A stretch of DNA of 63,403 bases, the filler included, from Basidiobolus meristosporus CBS 931.73 (taxonomy: Eukaryota > Fungi > Basidiobolomycota): NCBI GenBank assembly GCA_002104905.1. It is 4 parts of 4 records of this genome, joined end to end, with 100 filler letters (N's around TTAATTAATTAA, not from the genome) between each part and the next. Parts side by side here need not be neighbours in the genome. Positions count along the whole stretch, not along the records: positions 36,854 to 51,026 come from MCFE01001188.1; 3 more parts are not named here. One strand, written 5' to 3'. Positions 38,965 through 51,126 of this stretch are shown here, piece after piece. Below the pieces are notes generated by a model. The model was not told where the DNA came from and did no database searches. It saw nothing but the letters and a program-made list of their open reading frames with translations. A program made the position numbers and the translations under genes. Each line of letters starts with the position of its first letter. Within the stretch, counting starts at the first letter, position 1.

Positions 38965-41949
38965 CAATCATGTGACAGGTTCCCAACACCTTTTGTTAAT
39001 TTTACAGCCAAATACAGTTGATAAAATATGACAGTGTTTGAACAGTGTTTTGCCAAGGGTAGCATAACATTGTTGCGGTCTTGGTGTGTTCTACAGCTAT
39101 CTGAGTGGATCTAACTGGCCAGTAAATATAATTGTCTTATATGGCAAGAACCTGACAGTGTTTTGACGGCCTCTTTGCAAGCCTGTGAAGGCATTATTAC
39201 AGCAGTATGGTGGCCTACAGCTAGTTTATATGTTGCTACTACACCCATTTACCAAACTGTGTTTCCTTATTCTACCTCCCCTTGCGCAATTCATATATTC
39301 CACTGTGAAATCACTCCTCTTTAATTGCTTACCCACTACTACCTTGGGCATTCCACATATAGCTTGAATCAAAAAATACTATGACCTCCTGCTTACTAAC
39401 CTCTACAAATGCACTCACCTGACACAATTGGCATACTTCTATCACCTGAGCTTTAAGGGCTTTGAGTACAATACTTATATAGTTACCATATACCTTGGAT
39501 TGCTGGTAACAGATACAACTTGCAAACATATGCTTGATTGCCACCACTTCTGCCATGAATACCTCCTAAATATCTGCAAAGAACTTTTAGGTATTTAGCC
39601 AATATACTCCTTCTCCTGGCTGGATTCTAGTCCCCCTTATAGGTGTGTTCTGGCTTTTGTTTTTGTGAATTGGGTATTGAATGGTGTAGAAATTGGCTTG
39701 TGACCAAGAGAAATCTGGCATACCTTGGTAGAGTTTTCATAAAAAAGTTAGCTGCTTGTTGCACCTAACCCAACTTTGCATTACTTAACTGATTACCCAC
39801 TCTGTGGGGCTGCTTTGTGTCTTAATGCCATAGGTGTGTGTGTCTCCATGTGACATCTGTCCTTAATATTACTCAACTCTTCCTGGCAGTCCTCTATGTG
39901 CCAACTCATTGCATCCATGATGGACTTGAAAGTAATATTCTTGATGAGATTGAGATATGGTAGTACCTGCCACTTGACTTGTCTTCCTATCTCCCCACAC
40001 ATCTGCTCCATAGAAAACTCCCAAAAAGTGAAGCAAGGTCCAGTATTCTCAACACACCAAGCAAGATGGAGTAGCAAATGGATACAGTAGCAGTACAGAT
40101 CTATGTGTTCAGCTTTATGTACAATCTTTGAAGCACTACAACAGTGCCCAACAATAAAGCCCACAGAAAAACCTATCACAGCATGGGAGGGAGAAAATGC
40201 AGTGTGTATACCAAAGCCTAAAAATCAAAAGACATTGAAGATCTGTGAAGCCATTGAGTGCAATGATGAAGAGAGGGCAAATATTCAAGAGGCTGTTGGA
40301 AGTCTAGCATGCCAACATCTTAAGGCCAGTATACCATGGGACTATCAGTAACTTTAGGCCAAGCAGAATGTGCTTGGCTTGCTCCATGAGCATTGTCCCT
40401 GACTCAATCAAGCAAACAGATTTTTGGCCAGCATTGGTATGCTACAAAGGTATTTCAAGAATAGCAGAAACTATCTAAGGCAGTAGAACAAGGGTGCAAC
40501 GCCTAAAGACCAGTGGCTTCCTCAAGAGCCTGTTATGTGCAGGGCCATAAGCTCCAAGCAAGTATCAAAGAGGCATCAGGCAGCTGAAAGAGTGCCAATA
40601 AGGGAAAAGCAGGCAGAGACAGATGCTCCAGCACAACATTTACCAGGGAGAAAGTGTAGTTCTACTCAAGAAGTGCTCAGTTAAAGTAGCAGTGAAGGAC
40701 CTGGTAGTGATAAAAACAAGCGGCCACCTCAGAAGCCTGTCACAGCATGGGCTGAGAGCTTGAAACAAGCAGGAAAGAAGCATCAGGTTGCCTGCAGAGT
40801 GCCAGCAAGAGACATGCAGGCCAAAATAGATGCATCAGAGCAGCATTTAGCAAGGAGAAAATGTAGTGTAAGACAAGAAGCACTCAGACAAAGTAGCAGT
40901 GAAAGACCTGGCAGTGATAAAGTAAAAGGTTGAGAGGAAGAAGTCTACCCAAGCCAGAGACAGGGAAGCATGACAAAAAAGGTGCAGCTGTTGCCTACTA
41001 GTGCTGTAAGCCCAGGACAGACTGAATCCCATCAAAGCCAAGAAGAATTATCACAGGAATGCAGCTGTATTCACAAGAGTTAGAAGCGTCGCCAATTGAG
41101 CTACACTCAAGTGAGGTACATGAGCTTGCAGAGAAAGGTAATATGTCTACCACAGCCTCTACATCCTCCATTGTTAACAGATTGGAGATCCCACTGACAG
41201 ACAAAGTAACAACATCAAGGACTCAAAAGATTATCACAATGCCTTCAATGGAATTTTGGAACATTTAGAGGCACACCAAAAGGTTGCAGCACTTCTTCAA
41301 GAGCAGTGCTCTAGAAAACACACTTGCATATTGCAAGGACTTATTGCAAAGACTGGCAGATGAGGAGCTAGATCTTGCAGTGCCTGCTGAAGACCAGGAT
41401 GTATGGGAGCCAGTGAATGGCAATGGCATACAGTTGTAGGTTTCCCGCCAAAGTTGTGGAAACAGAGAGTTACAGCAGAAATACTTACTGAGTGGTGGAT
41501 TTCAATGGAGTAACTTGTTGGGTGTGGGGTTGGGCTTAATGTTAGTGTAGTGTATAGGGATTTGTATAGGTCTATACAATTGGCAATTGAGGTACAACTG
41601 AAGTTCCAATGGAAATAAATTAATTTGCATGCATGAAAAGTAAGAGAAACAGTTGAGTCAAGAAGTAAGGAGTGCAAAAAAGAGGCAATAGCCAATCAAT
41701 GCACACAAACATAGGAGGTGATAGAGTGTCTGGGATCAGAAAGCAAGAAAATTAGCAGAGAACCAATCAAAAGCCACTTTAGTATTGTTGTGATGAAGAA
41801 TTTTGACCAAATTTTTTAAGATGTCTGGGGTGCAATTATTTTTTGATGGTCATTGCATGGTGTCCTGATGGAATCAATACCTCTTAGTCATGTGACTTAG
41901 AATCTGTGATGGCCTTTTGACAGGATCATCACAATAATTTTTTATAGGG
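38965..41949. mobile_element. Internally deleted CACTA-like element: transposase C-terminus on minus (38965-40110), ORF2 and terminus on plus (40120-41949)
   Basis: GPCFTFWEFSMEQMCGEIGRQVK on minus matches 2850-3000. The plus part matches 6050-6172 and 10863-12248. Ends ..ACAATAATTTTTTATAGGG. Confidence 0.75.
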
Positions 41950-41959
41950 ATATCTCACC

Positions 41960-44100
41960 CTCCCTGTCAGGTGTCTGTTTCTGGATCCACAAGCAAGAAT
42001 ACTGCACCCAAGTGAGTAATCAGCTGTGTTCTCAGCTCCCAATGGAGTGGTTCAAGGCTCAGTGCTTGGTCCTATACTACTTTCCCTCTTCCTGAATGGC
42101 TTCCTGTTGTGCATCAACAATCAAAACTTGGCCAACTTCACTCCATTAGAAAATCTAGTATCCTAACTGATCTTCCATAACCCAAGCATAACTAATCCTT
42201 GTTATGGCTTATTTTATCACTTCTCAGAATCTATTTTTAGCTGGCACACCTGATCAATTTTCATATAATCATTATGTCCTCAACTGATCTGCTAAGCCTT
42301 TCCAAGTGATCAGTCATCTGAGATTTATCCAACCACTTAGCAGCTGCCAAGACATCAGCTGATTAATGATGCAATTTTTCATTTATCTTATGCACCTATC
42401 AACACCCCAACAGATTTCAATTAGTCCAGTCTCTTAATGTTTACTAATTTAACTTGATCAGAAAAGTATGAATAAAGTTTACTGAATCTTTTGGTTTGGT
42501 GTGTCTCAACAAAATTAACAATTCAACAAGTCCCTTCTAGTTTTGCCCAAGCTTAACATATCTAGCACTCTCAAGAACACCAAGCCTAGCCTGCATAGCA
42601 AACCTACTCTGTTGCCTTTATAGCCCAACTCAGCTATATATAAGATCAATATTAGACCAGAACCTCTCTGCTAAAATTTCTGTCACTCTTGACAATTCTA
42701 AGATTCCGCACTTAGTTGTCACTTAGGTTCAGTTAACTCATTCAAGAGTTTTATTACACTTTTCTCTTGGATACAATACTTCCCAAGACTCACAGCTGAC
42801 TGCCTGGTTACCCACTTTGCTGATGATATCAGAATATCCTCCTCCAATGTGCAGTCAGACTCCCAGACTATCCACCAGTATCTGCAGAAGAATAATCTCA
42901 AGCTTTCAATTACAAAGATACTACATTTGGGTTGTCCTATTTGTTGTAAAAATTTGTATTTCCACCTAAACATTGACCTAACTTAGTCACTTAGATCACT
43001 ACCTTCAAATCCTAGAGAATACTGACCAAATTCCTTGTCGGGATTTACTTAGAATATTTTCACCAAAATACCAGGTACCCAGAACATGAAAATTCTCAAA
43101 GTTGTCCAAACAGCCCCAAAATTTGCACACATGTTCTTGGGACCTTCCTTAAGCTATTCTACATGTTTGTAATGCCAAGACCAGGTAAAAGTATAAATAC
43201 TACTTTGACATTCTATAAATCATTAAGTGAAAACCACACCATCTACTTGTTCTCCCAATCACTTCCAATATCTCCAAGACTCTTACAACACTATTAACTT
43301 GGAGAACTGCACTCTACCTGCTCAGGCTTCTGCTACATATGTTGGCTCTCCTTTTCTTCCTACTAGACTGGACTCTGCAGCTTACCTGAAGTAAAGAATT
43401 ATCCTGGCAAGACAGGCACTCTAAAGCTACTGATTGTTACTCCGACTACAACTTCAGTACCCAGCTGCCTCCTTCTACTCAACCCGCTTGTCTCCCCTGT
43501 CCTGGAATTTGGTGTCCCACTTCTCTCTCTTACTTCTAGAGACTGCACTAAGCTTGACAAGTTTGCAGTCTGGTGCATTATCTCCTTGGTCTCTCATCTG
43601 CCTAAATGCCCCTACATACATGCAATTCTTGGTACTTTTGGGCTCATGCCTTATAAGATCAGACTTCTTCACCCAAGAACCAGATTTTATCTCAGACTTT
43701 GCCACTGCAACAACTCACTAATCAAGGCCTGGAAGAGAACACACCACACTACACCTGGCTCCTGCTGGAGAACTATACTTGGAGATCCTGAACTCAAGAA
43801 GTTTGCTCAATATATTCTACAGTCAGAAAAATCCCAGCTGGCCTGCCTGAAATACTTGACAGACCTTTGGCAGCAATATCTGAAGCAGTACACTCTGTTT
43901 ATGATGAATATCAGTCCTTATCAAATTCCTTTCATCAATGTTGCTCACAAGTCATTCTTAACCCTCTTGCTACCCCCCTTCCCACTGAGCAGAGTGTTGA
44001 GCACTGAAGAACTATCATCTCTCCTTAATAACTTACCTACAAGTTCCACTCAGCTACATACTCTTGTATCAAGGCTACTACAGTAGTGCTAGCTTCTTTG
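41960..44100 (+). pseudogene. Non-LTR retrotransposon (LINE) RT/C-terminal remnant
   Basis: HFADD at 42813-42827, then YLQKNNLKLSITK-ILHLGCP across the solo LTR. LVSPVLEFGVP...AILGTFGLMPYKIRL...RFYLRL resembles the LINE post-RT region. Ends are approximate. Confidence 0.7.
42942..43290 (+). mobile_element. Solo Copia LTR
   Basis: 349 bp, with a perfect TSD CTATT at 42937-42941 and 43291-43295. Confidence 0.97.
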
Positions 44101-44322
44101 ATTCAATTGAAACAAACATTTCACCTGTTGGTGACTGTCTACCCCTATCCTACCCTAAGAGGGATAACCAATGGAAATAGGGACTCATCTACAAACACTA
44201 AAGAGTTAGACATGTATGGATTAGAGGAAAGTAAGAAGGGAGTATGGCAACTGAGGCAGCTCCTCTATAAAGTGGAGATATATGTGGCATAGGCTAGTAT
44301 TGGGTCTTTGGAGTCTTGAATA

Positions 44323-44667
44323 TGTTGTATGAGTTTTGGTTATATTGGAAGTGAATGGGAGAACAAGTCAATGAAGTGGTTTTCACTTACTGATTTATTG
44401 AATGTGAAACAATTTTATACTTTACATTGTCTTAGTATAATGAACAGATAGAATATGTCTAGAAGGATCCTAAGAATATATTTGCAAAGTGTAGGGCTAT
44501 ATGGATATCCTTGAGAACTTTCATGTTCTGATTACCTGATATTTTGGCATAATTGTTAAGAGTAAATCCCAATAAGGAGTTAAGTTAAATTTCTAACAGA
44601 TTTGTAGGTAATGATTCAAGTGACCAAGTTATGTATGTATATAGGTGATATTACAACTTTTACAACA
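44323..44667 (-). mobile_element. Old degenerate Copia LTR
   Basis: TGTTGTA..TACAACA, 345 bp, collinear with the family LTR. Confidence 0.85.
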
Positions 44668-44672
44668 TATTC

Positions 44673-45021
44673 TGTTGCAAAGTTTTGAGTAGTATTGGAA
44701 GTGATGTGGAGAGCTAGAAGATATACAAGTTGATCACTTGTAGATTTATTGTTCAAAAGTATGGTGTTTATACTTTTGATAAGGTAGGGCAAATAAACAT
44801 GTATATTTTGTTAAGAAAGATCCCAAGAAAATGTGCACAAAGTTTGGGGTATTTTGGAGAACTTTGAGAAAGATCATATTGTGTGTACTTGTTAATTTGA
44901 TGAAAATATTTCAAGTAAATCCCAACAAGAAATTTAGTCAGGACAGAATGCTAATTACAGAGTAAGATCTATGTGACTAAGTTAGCATAAATATTTTGAT
45001 GACATCTTAATAACTACAACA
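44673..45021 (-). mobile_element. Solo LTR of a variant Copia subfamily
   Basis: 349 bp, flanked by TATTC/TATTT. Shares diagnostic segments with the LTR at 51646-51994. Confidence 0.8.
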
Positions 45022-45037
45022 TATTTGATGGGTTTTT

Positions 45038-45157
45038 CTTGCCAAGACCATGTAAAAGTATAAATACTATTTTTACATTCTATAAATCATTAAGTGAAAG
45101 CCACATCATTGGCTTGTTCTCCCAATCACTTCCAATATAGCTAAAACTCTTACAACA
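45038..45157 (+). mobile_element. Partial Copia LTR (3' third), inverted copy of the start of 44323-44667
   Basis: Shares the non-consensus variants TTTTRGYTATATTGG and AAGYCAATGA with 44323-44440. Confidence 0.8.
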
Positions 45158-45568
45158 TATTCAAGACTCCAAAGACCCAATACTAACCTATGCCACATGT
45201 ATCTCCACTTTATAGAGGGGCTACCTCAGTCACCATACTCCCTTCTTACTTTCCTCAAGTCCATACTGTTGTAAAAATTCGTAATTTCCACCTAAATATT
45301 CACCTAACTTAGTCACTTAGATCATTACCCTCAAATCCTAGAGAATACTGACCAAATTCCTTGTCAGGATTTACTTAGAATATTTTCACCAAAATGCCAG
45401 GTACCCAGAACATGAAAATTCTCAAAGTTGTCCAAACAGCCCCAAACTTTGCACACATGCTCTTGGGACCTTCCTTAACCTATTCTACGTGTTTGTAATG
45501 CCAAGACCAGGTAAAAGTATAAATACCACTTTTACATTCAATAAATCATTAAGTGAAAACCACATAAT

Positions 45569-45779
45569 AGACTTGTTCCATCATTGCGGCTGATCATAAT
45601 GCCCAATAGTGCCATAGCATGCCAGATGGTGCCTGATCATGCCACAGAGTGCCAGATGGTGCCATACAGTGCCGATTTGGGATCAAAATTGACATGCATA
45701 TGACCCTAAAATATCAAATTAATAACAAAATATACAGTACTTTCTGGCACTATGATCAATCGCACAATGGAACAAGTCT
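45569..45779. mobile_element. 211-bp MITE in the Copia 5' LTR
   Basis: TIR AGACTTGTTCCAT/ATGGAACAAGTCT with TSD AAT. The empty site CACATAATCTAC is seen in the 3' LTR. Confidence 0.95.
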
Positions 45780-45834
45780 AATCTACTTGTTCTCCAAATC
45801 ACTTCCAATATCTCCAAGACTCTTACAACAGGTT

Positions 45835-48800
45835 ATGAGCCCCGAGCTGTCACTCTCTGCAATGTCTACTACTGCTATTACTGGAATTTTTCCCTCTGCT
45901 GAAAAGTTGGATGGCTCTAACTACCAAGTGTGGAAGGTGAAGATGAAGATGCTGCTACATGAAAGAGGCCTTTGGGATATTGTCATGGGAGAAGAATGCC
46001 CTCCTAAAAACGTGGGAGAGGAAGCCTTAAAGTACCAGAAGAAAGAACAAAGTGTCTTTAACTGCATTTGCCTTAATGTCAAGGACAAATTGCTAATTCA
46101 ATGCTCAAGAGCAAAAACGGCAAAGAATGCCTGGAAGGCACTAGAAGACACCTACCAGTCATGTTCAGCTGCCAAGAAAATGTATCTGAGACAAAAATTC
46201 TTTACTACAAAGATGCTGCCAGGAGAAGAAATGAAAAATCTAATTAACAGAATTACCCTGCTGGTAGATCAGATGGAATCTGTGGGCGTACCAACTACTG
46301 ATGAGGATGTGATAGTTACCATCCTGAATAGCCTAACAGACGAGTTTCAGGGCCTTGTATCAGCCCTAGAGTCCAGAACTGAAGATTTGACCTTAAATTA
46401 CGTATATGGAAGGCTCCTGGATGAAGAATTAAGAAAATCAAGCGCCAATGAGAAGGAAGAAGAAAATGCTTTAATAAGCAATGATAACCAACAAAGGAGG
46501 TACCCAAGACCCTACAAAGGCAACAGCAACCTATTTTGCAACTACTGCAAAAGGAAAGGACACACATCAGACCGGTGTTTCAAAAAGAGAGATTATCAGC
46601 AAAAGAAGCCTGAATATGGAAATGCTGCAACAACTGAAGATAGACTATTCATATCTGCACTAAATATGACCACAAACAAGGATTCTCAGACGTGGTATAT
46701 TAGACTTGTTCCGTTGGATAGTGCCACATTGAGCCATGAGTGCCAAATGATGCCATAGTGTGCCAGAGAGGTAAAGTGAGCCTATACTTGGCCACAGAGT
46801 GTGAAACATAGCTCTGCATCTTCATGCAAAGCAGCCCCTGTGTTTCACCCATTGCGCAGGAGAAAATCCATTTTTTGACCTTTTTTTGTGGATCAATTTA
46901 GCTCAGGATGTGTAAGAGCACAGGAGAACTGAAGATATGCGTCTGGTACTCAATACCCATGGCACTCTGAATCTAGCTCCTGTAGCTTGTATCATGTCAC
47001 AAAAATGAATGGTGCTATCTTGGTCCACTGGTACTATCTGGCACTATATTTAAATATTAGACCTAAAGTAAGATCTATACAAAGCACTTATAGTGCCAGA
47101 TAGTACCAGTGGACCAAGATAGTGCCATTCATTTTTGTGACATGATACAAGCTACAGGAGCTAGATTCAGAGTGCCATGGGTATTGAGTACCAGATGCAT
47201 ATCTTCAATCTGCTTGTGCTCTAGCACATCCTGCACAACATTGATCCAAAAAAAAAGGTCAAAAAATGGATTTTCTCCAACACAATGGGTGAAACACAGG
47301 GGCTGCTTTGCATGAAGATGCAGAGCTATGTTTCACACTCTGTGGCCAGGTAGAGGCTCACTTGGCCTCTCTGGCACACTATGGCATCATTTGGCACTCA
47401 TGGCTCAATGTGGCACTATCCAACGGAACAAGTCTATTGACTCTGGAGCTTCTCAACACTTTACACACCAAAAAGAACTTTTTACCCAATATCAAGAAAT
47501 TCCAATTAAGAAGGTTTTCATGGGTGACAATAGAACACTTGATGCAGTGGGAGAAGGAACTATCCAAGTAAACCTTAGAAGCAGTGAAGGAAGCCATACA
47601 CTGACCTTTAAAGAAGTACTCTATGTACCAGAAATAGCCAAGAACCTACTCTCTGTAAGCAAGGCCACAGCAGAAGGACTCAGTTTCAGTTTTGACAATT
47701 CTGGATGCAGGATCACTGATCAAAATGGTGCTCATATTGCTTTGGGCATCAGAGATCAGAATCTATACAAGTTGACTTATATTCCATCATATCTGGAAGC
47801 CAATATAAGTAACTTAAATGAAGAAACACCAATGCTTTGGCACAGGAGATTTGGGCACATCAATTTTGATTATTTGCGCAAAATGATCAAAGATCAGCTA
47901 ATTTCTGGAGTGAAAATTGATCCCCCAGCTAATTTGGAGCACTGTGAAGCCTGCATATATGGGAAACAAGCCAGACAACCGTTCAAGAGCTCTGGGTTAA
48001 TCAAAACTAAGAAAAAATTAGATCTAATTCACTTAGATCTGTGTGGACCTATGCAAAATTTATCCCTAGGTGGGATGAACTATTTAATCACTTTTATTGA
48101 TGATTATACAAGATACACATGGGTTTACTTCATGGAGAGAAAGGAAAAGGCTCTGTCTAAGTGCAAGAAGTTTAAAGCCATGGTGGAGAGAGAAACTGGT
48201 GAAAAAATCAAGAAAATACTCTCTGACAATGGTGGAGAATATACCTCAAAACTCTTCATCCACTTCTGCAAAATTCATGGGATAAAGCAAGAGACTACTG
48301 TACCATACTCCCCACAGCAAAATGGAGTAGCAGAACAAGCTAACAGATCAATAATTGATATGGCAAGAACTATGATCCATGATCCAAAATTATCCTATGA
48401 TTTTTGGGCGGAATCAGTTGCCACTGCTGTATACCTTAAAAATAGGAGTTATAACAGAATACTTCGTGATTCTACTCCATTTGAAGCATGGTATGAATAC
48501 AGACCAAGTGCAGAACATCTAAGAATATTTGGGTGTACAGCATATGCCAAAAAACTGGCCAGAAATCAGTCAAAATTTGAGCCAAAAAGTGTAAAATGCA
48601 TATTTTTGGGCTACTGCAATGAGAGTAAGGCATACAGACTCTACAATACCAAAGCAAAGAAGCTTATCAAGTCCAGGGATGTATTGTTTGATGAAAATTC
48701 AAAATTTTCACAAAAAATGACATCAGATGATGACAAAAATTTGATCTCAAGTCCACCAATTGTCAGGATTGAATCAGAGCAAAACAATGAAAATTTTTTC

Positions 48801-50543
48801 ACTCCAGAGGACTCTACAACTGTGGTTCAGCCAGAATCAGTGCCCAGGAATATCCCAGAAGTGATCATTCCAGTATCAAATGCCCAGAGATCAAATCGGA
48901 CAAGATATAGCCCAAATTACTATATCAATGAGGGTACAAACTTAGCCTATGCCTATTCAGTCCATATTGATGAACCCCAGACTGTAAAAGAGGCCATAAA
49001 TAGTCCTCAGACAAAGTTTTGGAGATCTGCAATGACTGAGGAATATCAGGCCCTGATGGAAAATCAAACTTGGGACTTAGTCAAATTACCAATCAACCGA
49101 AAATCAATTGGATGCAGATGGGTCTTCAAGACAAAATACAAGGCTGATGGCACAATTGAAAGATACAAAGCAAGACTTGTAGCCAAAGGATACTCTCAAA
49201 CAAAAGGACTTGACTATACTGAGACCTTTGCACCAGTAGCCAAGTTTAATTCCATCAGATTAATATTGGCTATTGCAGCCAAATATAAGTTTTTTATTCA
49301 TCAAATGGATGTAAAAACTGCTTTTTTGAGTGGGGAACTTGATGAGGACGTGTATATGGACCAGCTTGATGGGTTTGTTGACCAAAATAACCCCCATTTG
49401 GTCTGCAAGCTTAAAAAGTCACTATATGGTCTCAAACAATCACTAAGAGCCTGGAATTGCAAGATAGATTCTCATTTGGAATTGTTGAGTTTCAAAAGGA
49501 GTAATGCTGACTATAGTATATACTATAAGCCAGATAGAGCAAATCCAGTTCTATTAGCTCTATATGTGGATGATCTTATTATAGCCACCAATAACCTAGA
49601 AACATTGGAAGAGACTAAATCCAGCCTATCTAAGGAGTTCAAGATGTCTGATTTAGGAGAACTTAGTTACTACTTAGGGATTAAGTTCTCCATTGACAGA
49701 AGTACCCAGACTATCACCCTAAGTCAATCCAAGTATATTCAAGATATACTAAAGAAGTACAAAATGGAAGACTGTAAACTGGCAGCTACCCCAATGGAGA
49801 CAAACCTTAACTTGGTCAAAACTCAACCAAATCAAGAGAGCTTGGTGCCATCTGAAAGCACTGACTTTCCTTATCAATCTATGCTCAGCAGCCTGATGTA
49901 TATCATGCTTGGAACACATCCAGATATCTCATATTCAGTGGGAGTTGTCAGCCAACATAATCAGAACTATGGATCTGATCATATTGCAGCAGTTAAGCGG
50001 ATTTTTAGATACCTAAAAGGAACTGCTGATATTTGCTTAAGATACACTTATAAGGACTCAGAACAAGATCTTGCGGGATACTCTGATGCAGATTGGGGAC
50101 AAAATTTGGAAGACAGAAGATCCACTACAGGATACACCTTTCTTTACTGTAAAGGAGCAATTTCATGGAATTCAAGAAAGCAACCAACCGTAGCACTTTC
50201 TACTACAGAGGCAGAGGATATGGCAGCCTGTGAAGCTACAAAAGAAGCAATGTGGTTAAGAAAACTCTTAACAGATTTAGGCCTATGTCAAAAAACGCCT
50301 ATTACTTTATTTCAAGATAATCAAGGATGTATACAATTAGGTAGAAATCCAACTTTTCATGCTAGAACCAAGCACATAGATATTAGACATCATTTCATAT
50401 GTGAAGCTATAGAGAATAACTTAGTTAGCTTAGTTTACTGTCCTACAGATGAAATGATTGCAGACATATTTACCAAACCATTAGCTACAGACAAGTTTGA
50501 ATATCTTAGGTCAAAATTAGGACTAGTCAGTATGAACATTTAG
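45835..50543 (+). CDS. Copia gag-pol polyprotein (1323 aa once 46702-47438 is removed): gag CCHC, PR, GAG-pre-IN, IN, RT, RNase H
   Basis: 45835-46701 and 47439-50543 are both open and in phase across the ATT TSD. Motifs IDSGAS, H..FGH..C.AC, DLCGP/SDNGGEY/NGVAE, YVDD, YSDAD. Confidence 0.85.
46702..47435. mobile_element. 734-bp foldback TIR element (347-bp inverted arms, 40-bp loop)
   Basis: Arms 46702-47048 and 47089-47435. TSD ATT at 46699-46701 and 47436-47438. The empty site TGGTATATTGACTCT is seen in other copies. Confidence 0.95.
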
Positions 50544-51026
50544 CTGAGTGGGAGTGTTGTAAAAATTCGTAATTTCCACCTAAATATTCACCTAACTTAG
50601 TCACTTAGATCATTACCCTCAAATCCTAGAGAATACTGACCAAATTCCTTGTCGGGATTTACTTAGAATATTTTCACCAAAATGCCAGGTATCCAGAACA
50701 TGAAAATTCTCAAAGTTGTCCAAACAGCCCCAAACTTTGCACACATGTTCTTGGGACCTTCCTTAACCTATTCTACGTGTTTGTAATGCCAAGACCAGGT
50801 AAAAGTATAAATACCACTTTTACATTCAATAAATCATTAAGTGAAAACCACATAATCTACTTGTTCTCCAAATCACTTCCAATATCTCCAAGACTCTTAC
50901 AACACATACTTGTCTAACTCCTTAGTGTTTGTAGATGAGTCCCTATTTCCATTGGTTATCCCTCTAGTACCACTCAACTCTGTTTAACTTCTCTTGAACT
51001 TAGTGATCTTTCTTATAAGCTTTTAC

Positions 51027-51126
51027 NNNNNNNNNNNNNNNNNNNNNNNNNNNNNNNNNNNNNNNNNNNNTTAATTAATTAANNNNNNNNNNNNNNNNNN
51101 NNNNNNNNNNNNNNNNNNNNNNNNNN
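51027..51126. other. Assembly gap with linker
   Basis: N-run containing TTAATTAATTAA. Confidence 0.98.

Larger units (their letters stand above)
45267..50904 (+). mobile_element. Full-length young Ty1/Copia carrying two TIR-element insertions
   Basis: LTRs 45267-45830 (includes the MITE) and 50555-50904, about 3 differences seen. TSD CATAC at 45262-45266 and 50905-50909. PBS 45831-45842, PPT 50546-50554. Confidence 0.98.

Noticed and set aside
45649-45834. Apparent novel N-terminal domain on gag (MPDGAIQCRFG..)
   Set aside because: Chance read-through of the MITE and LTR. Gag begins at 45835 or shortly after.
46690-47440. Foldback removed as a spliceosomal intron
   Set aside because: The nearest GT (46695) and AG (47431-47432) would join out of frame with pol.
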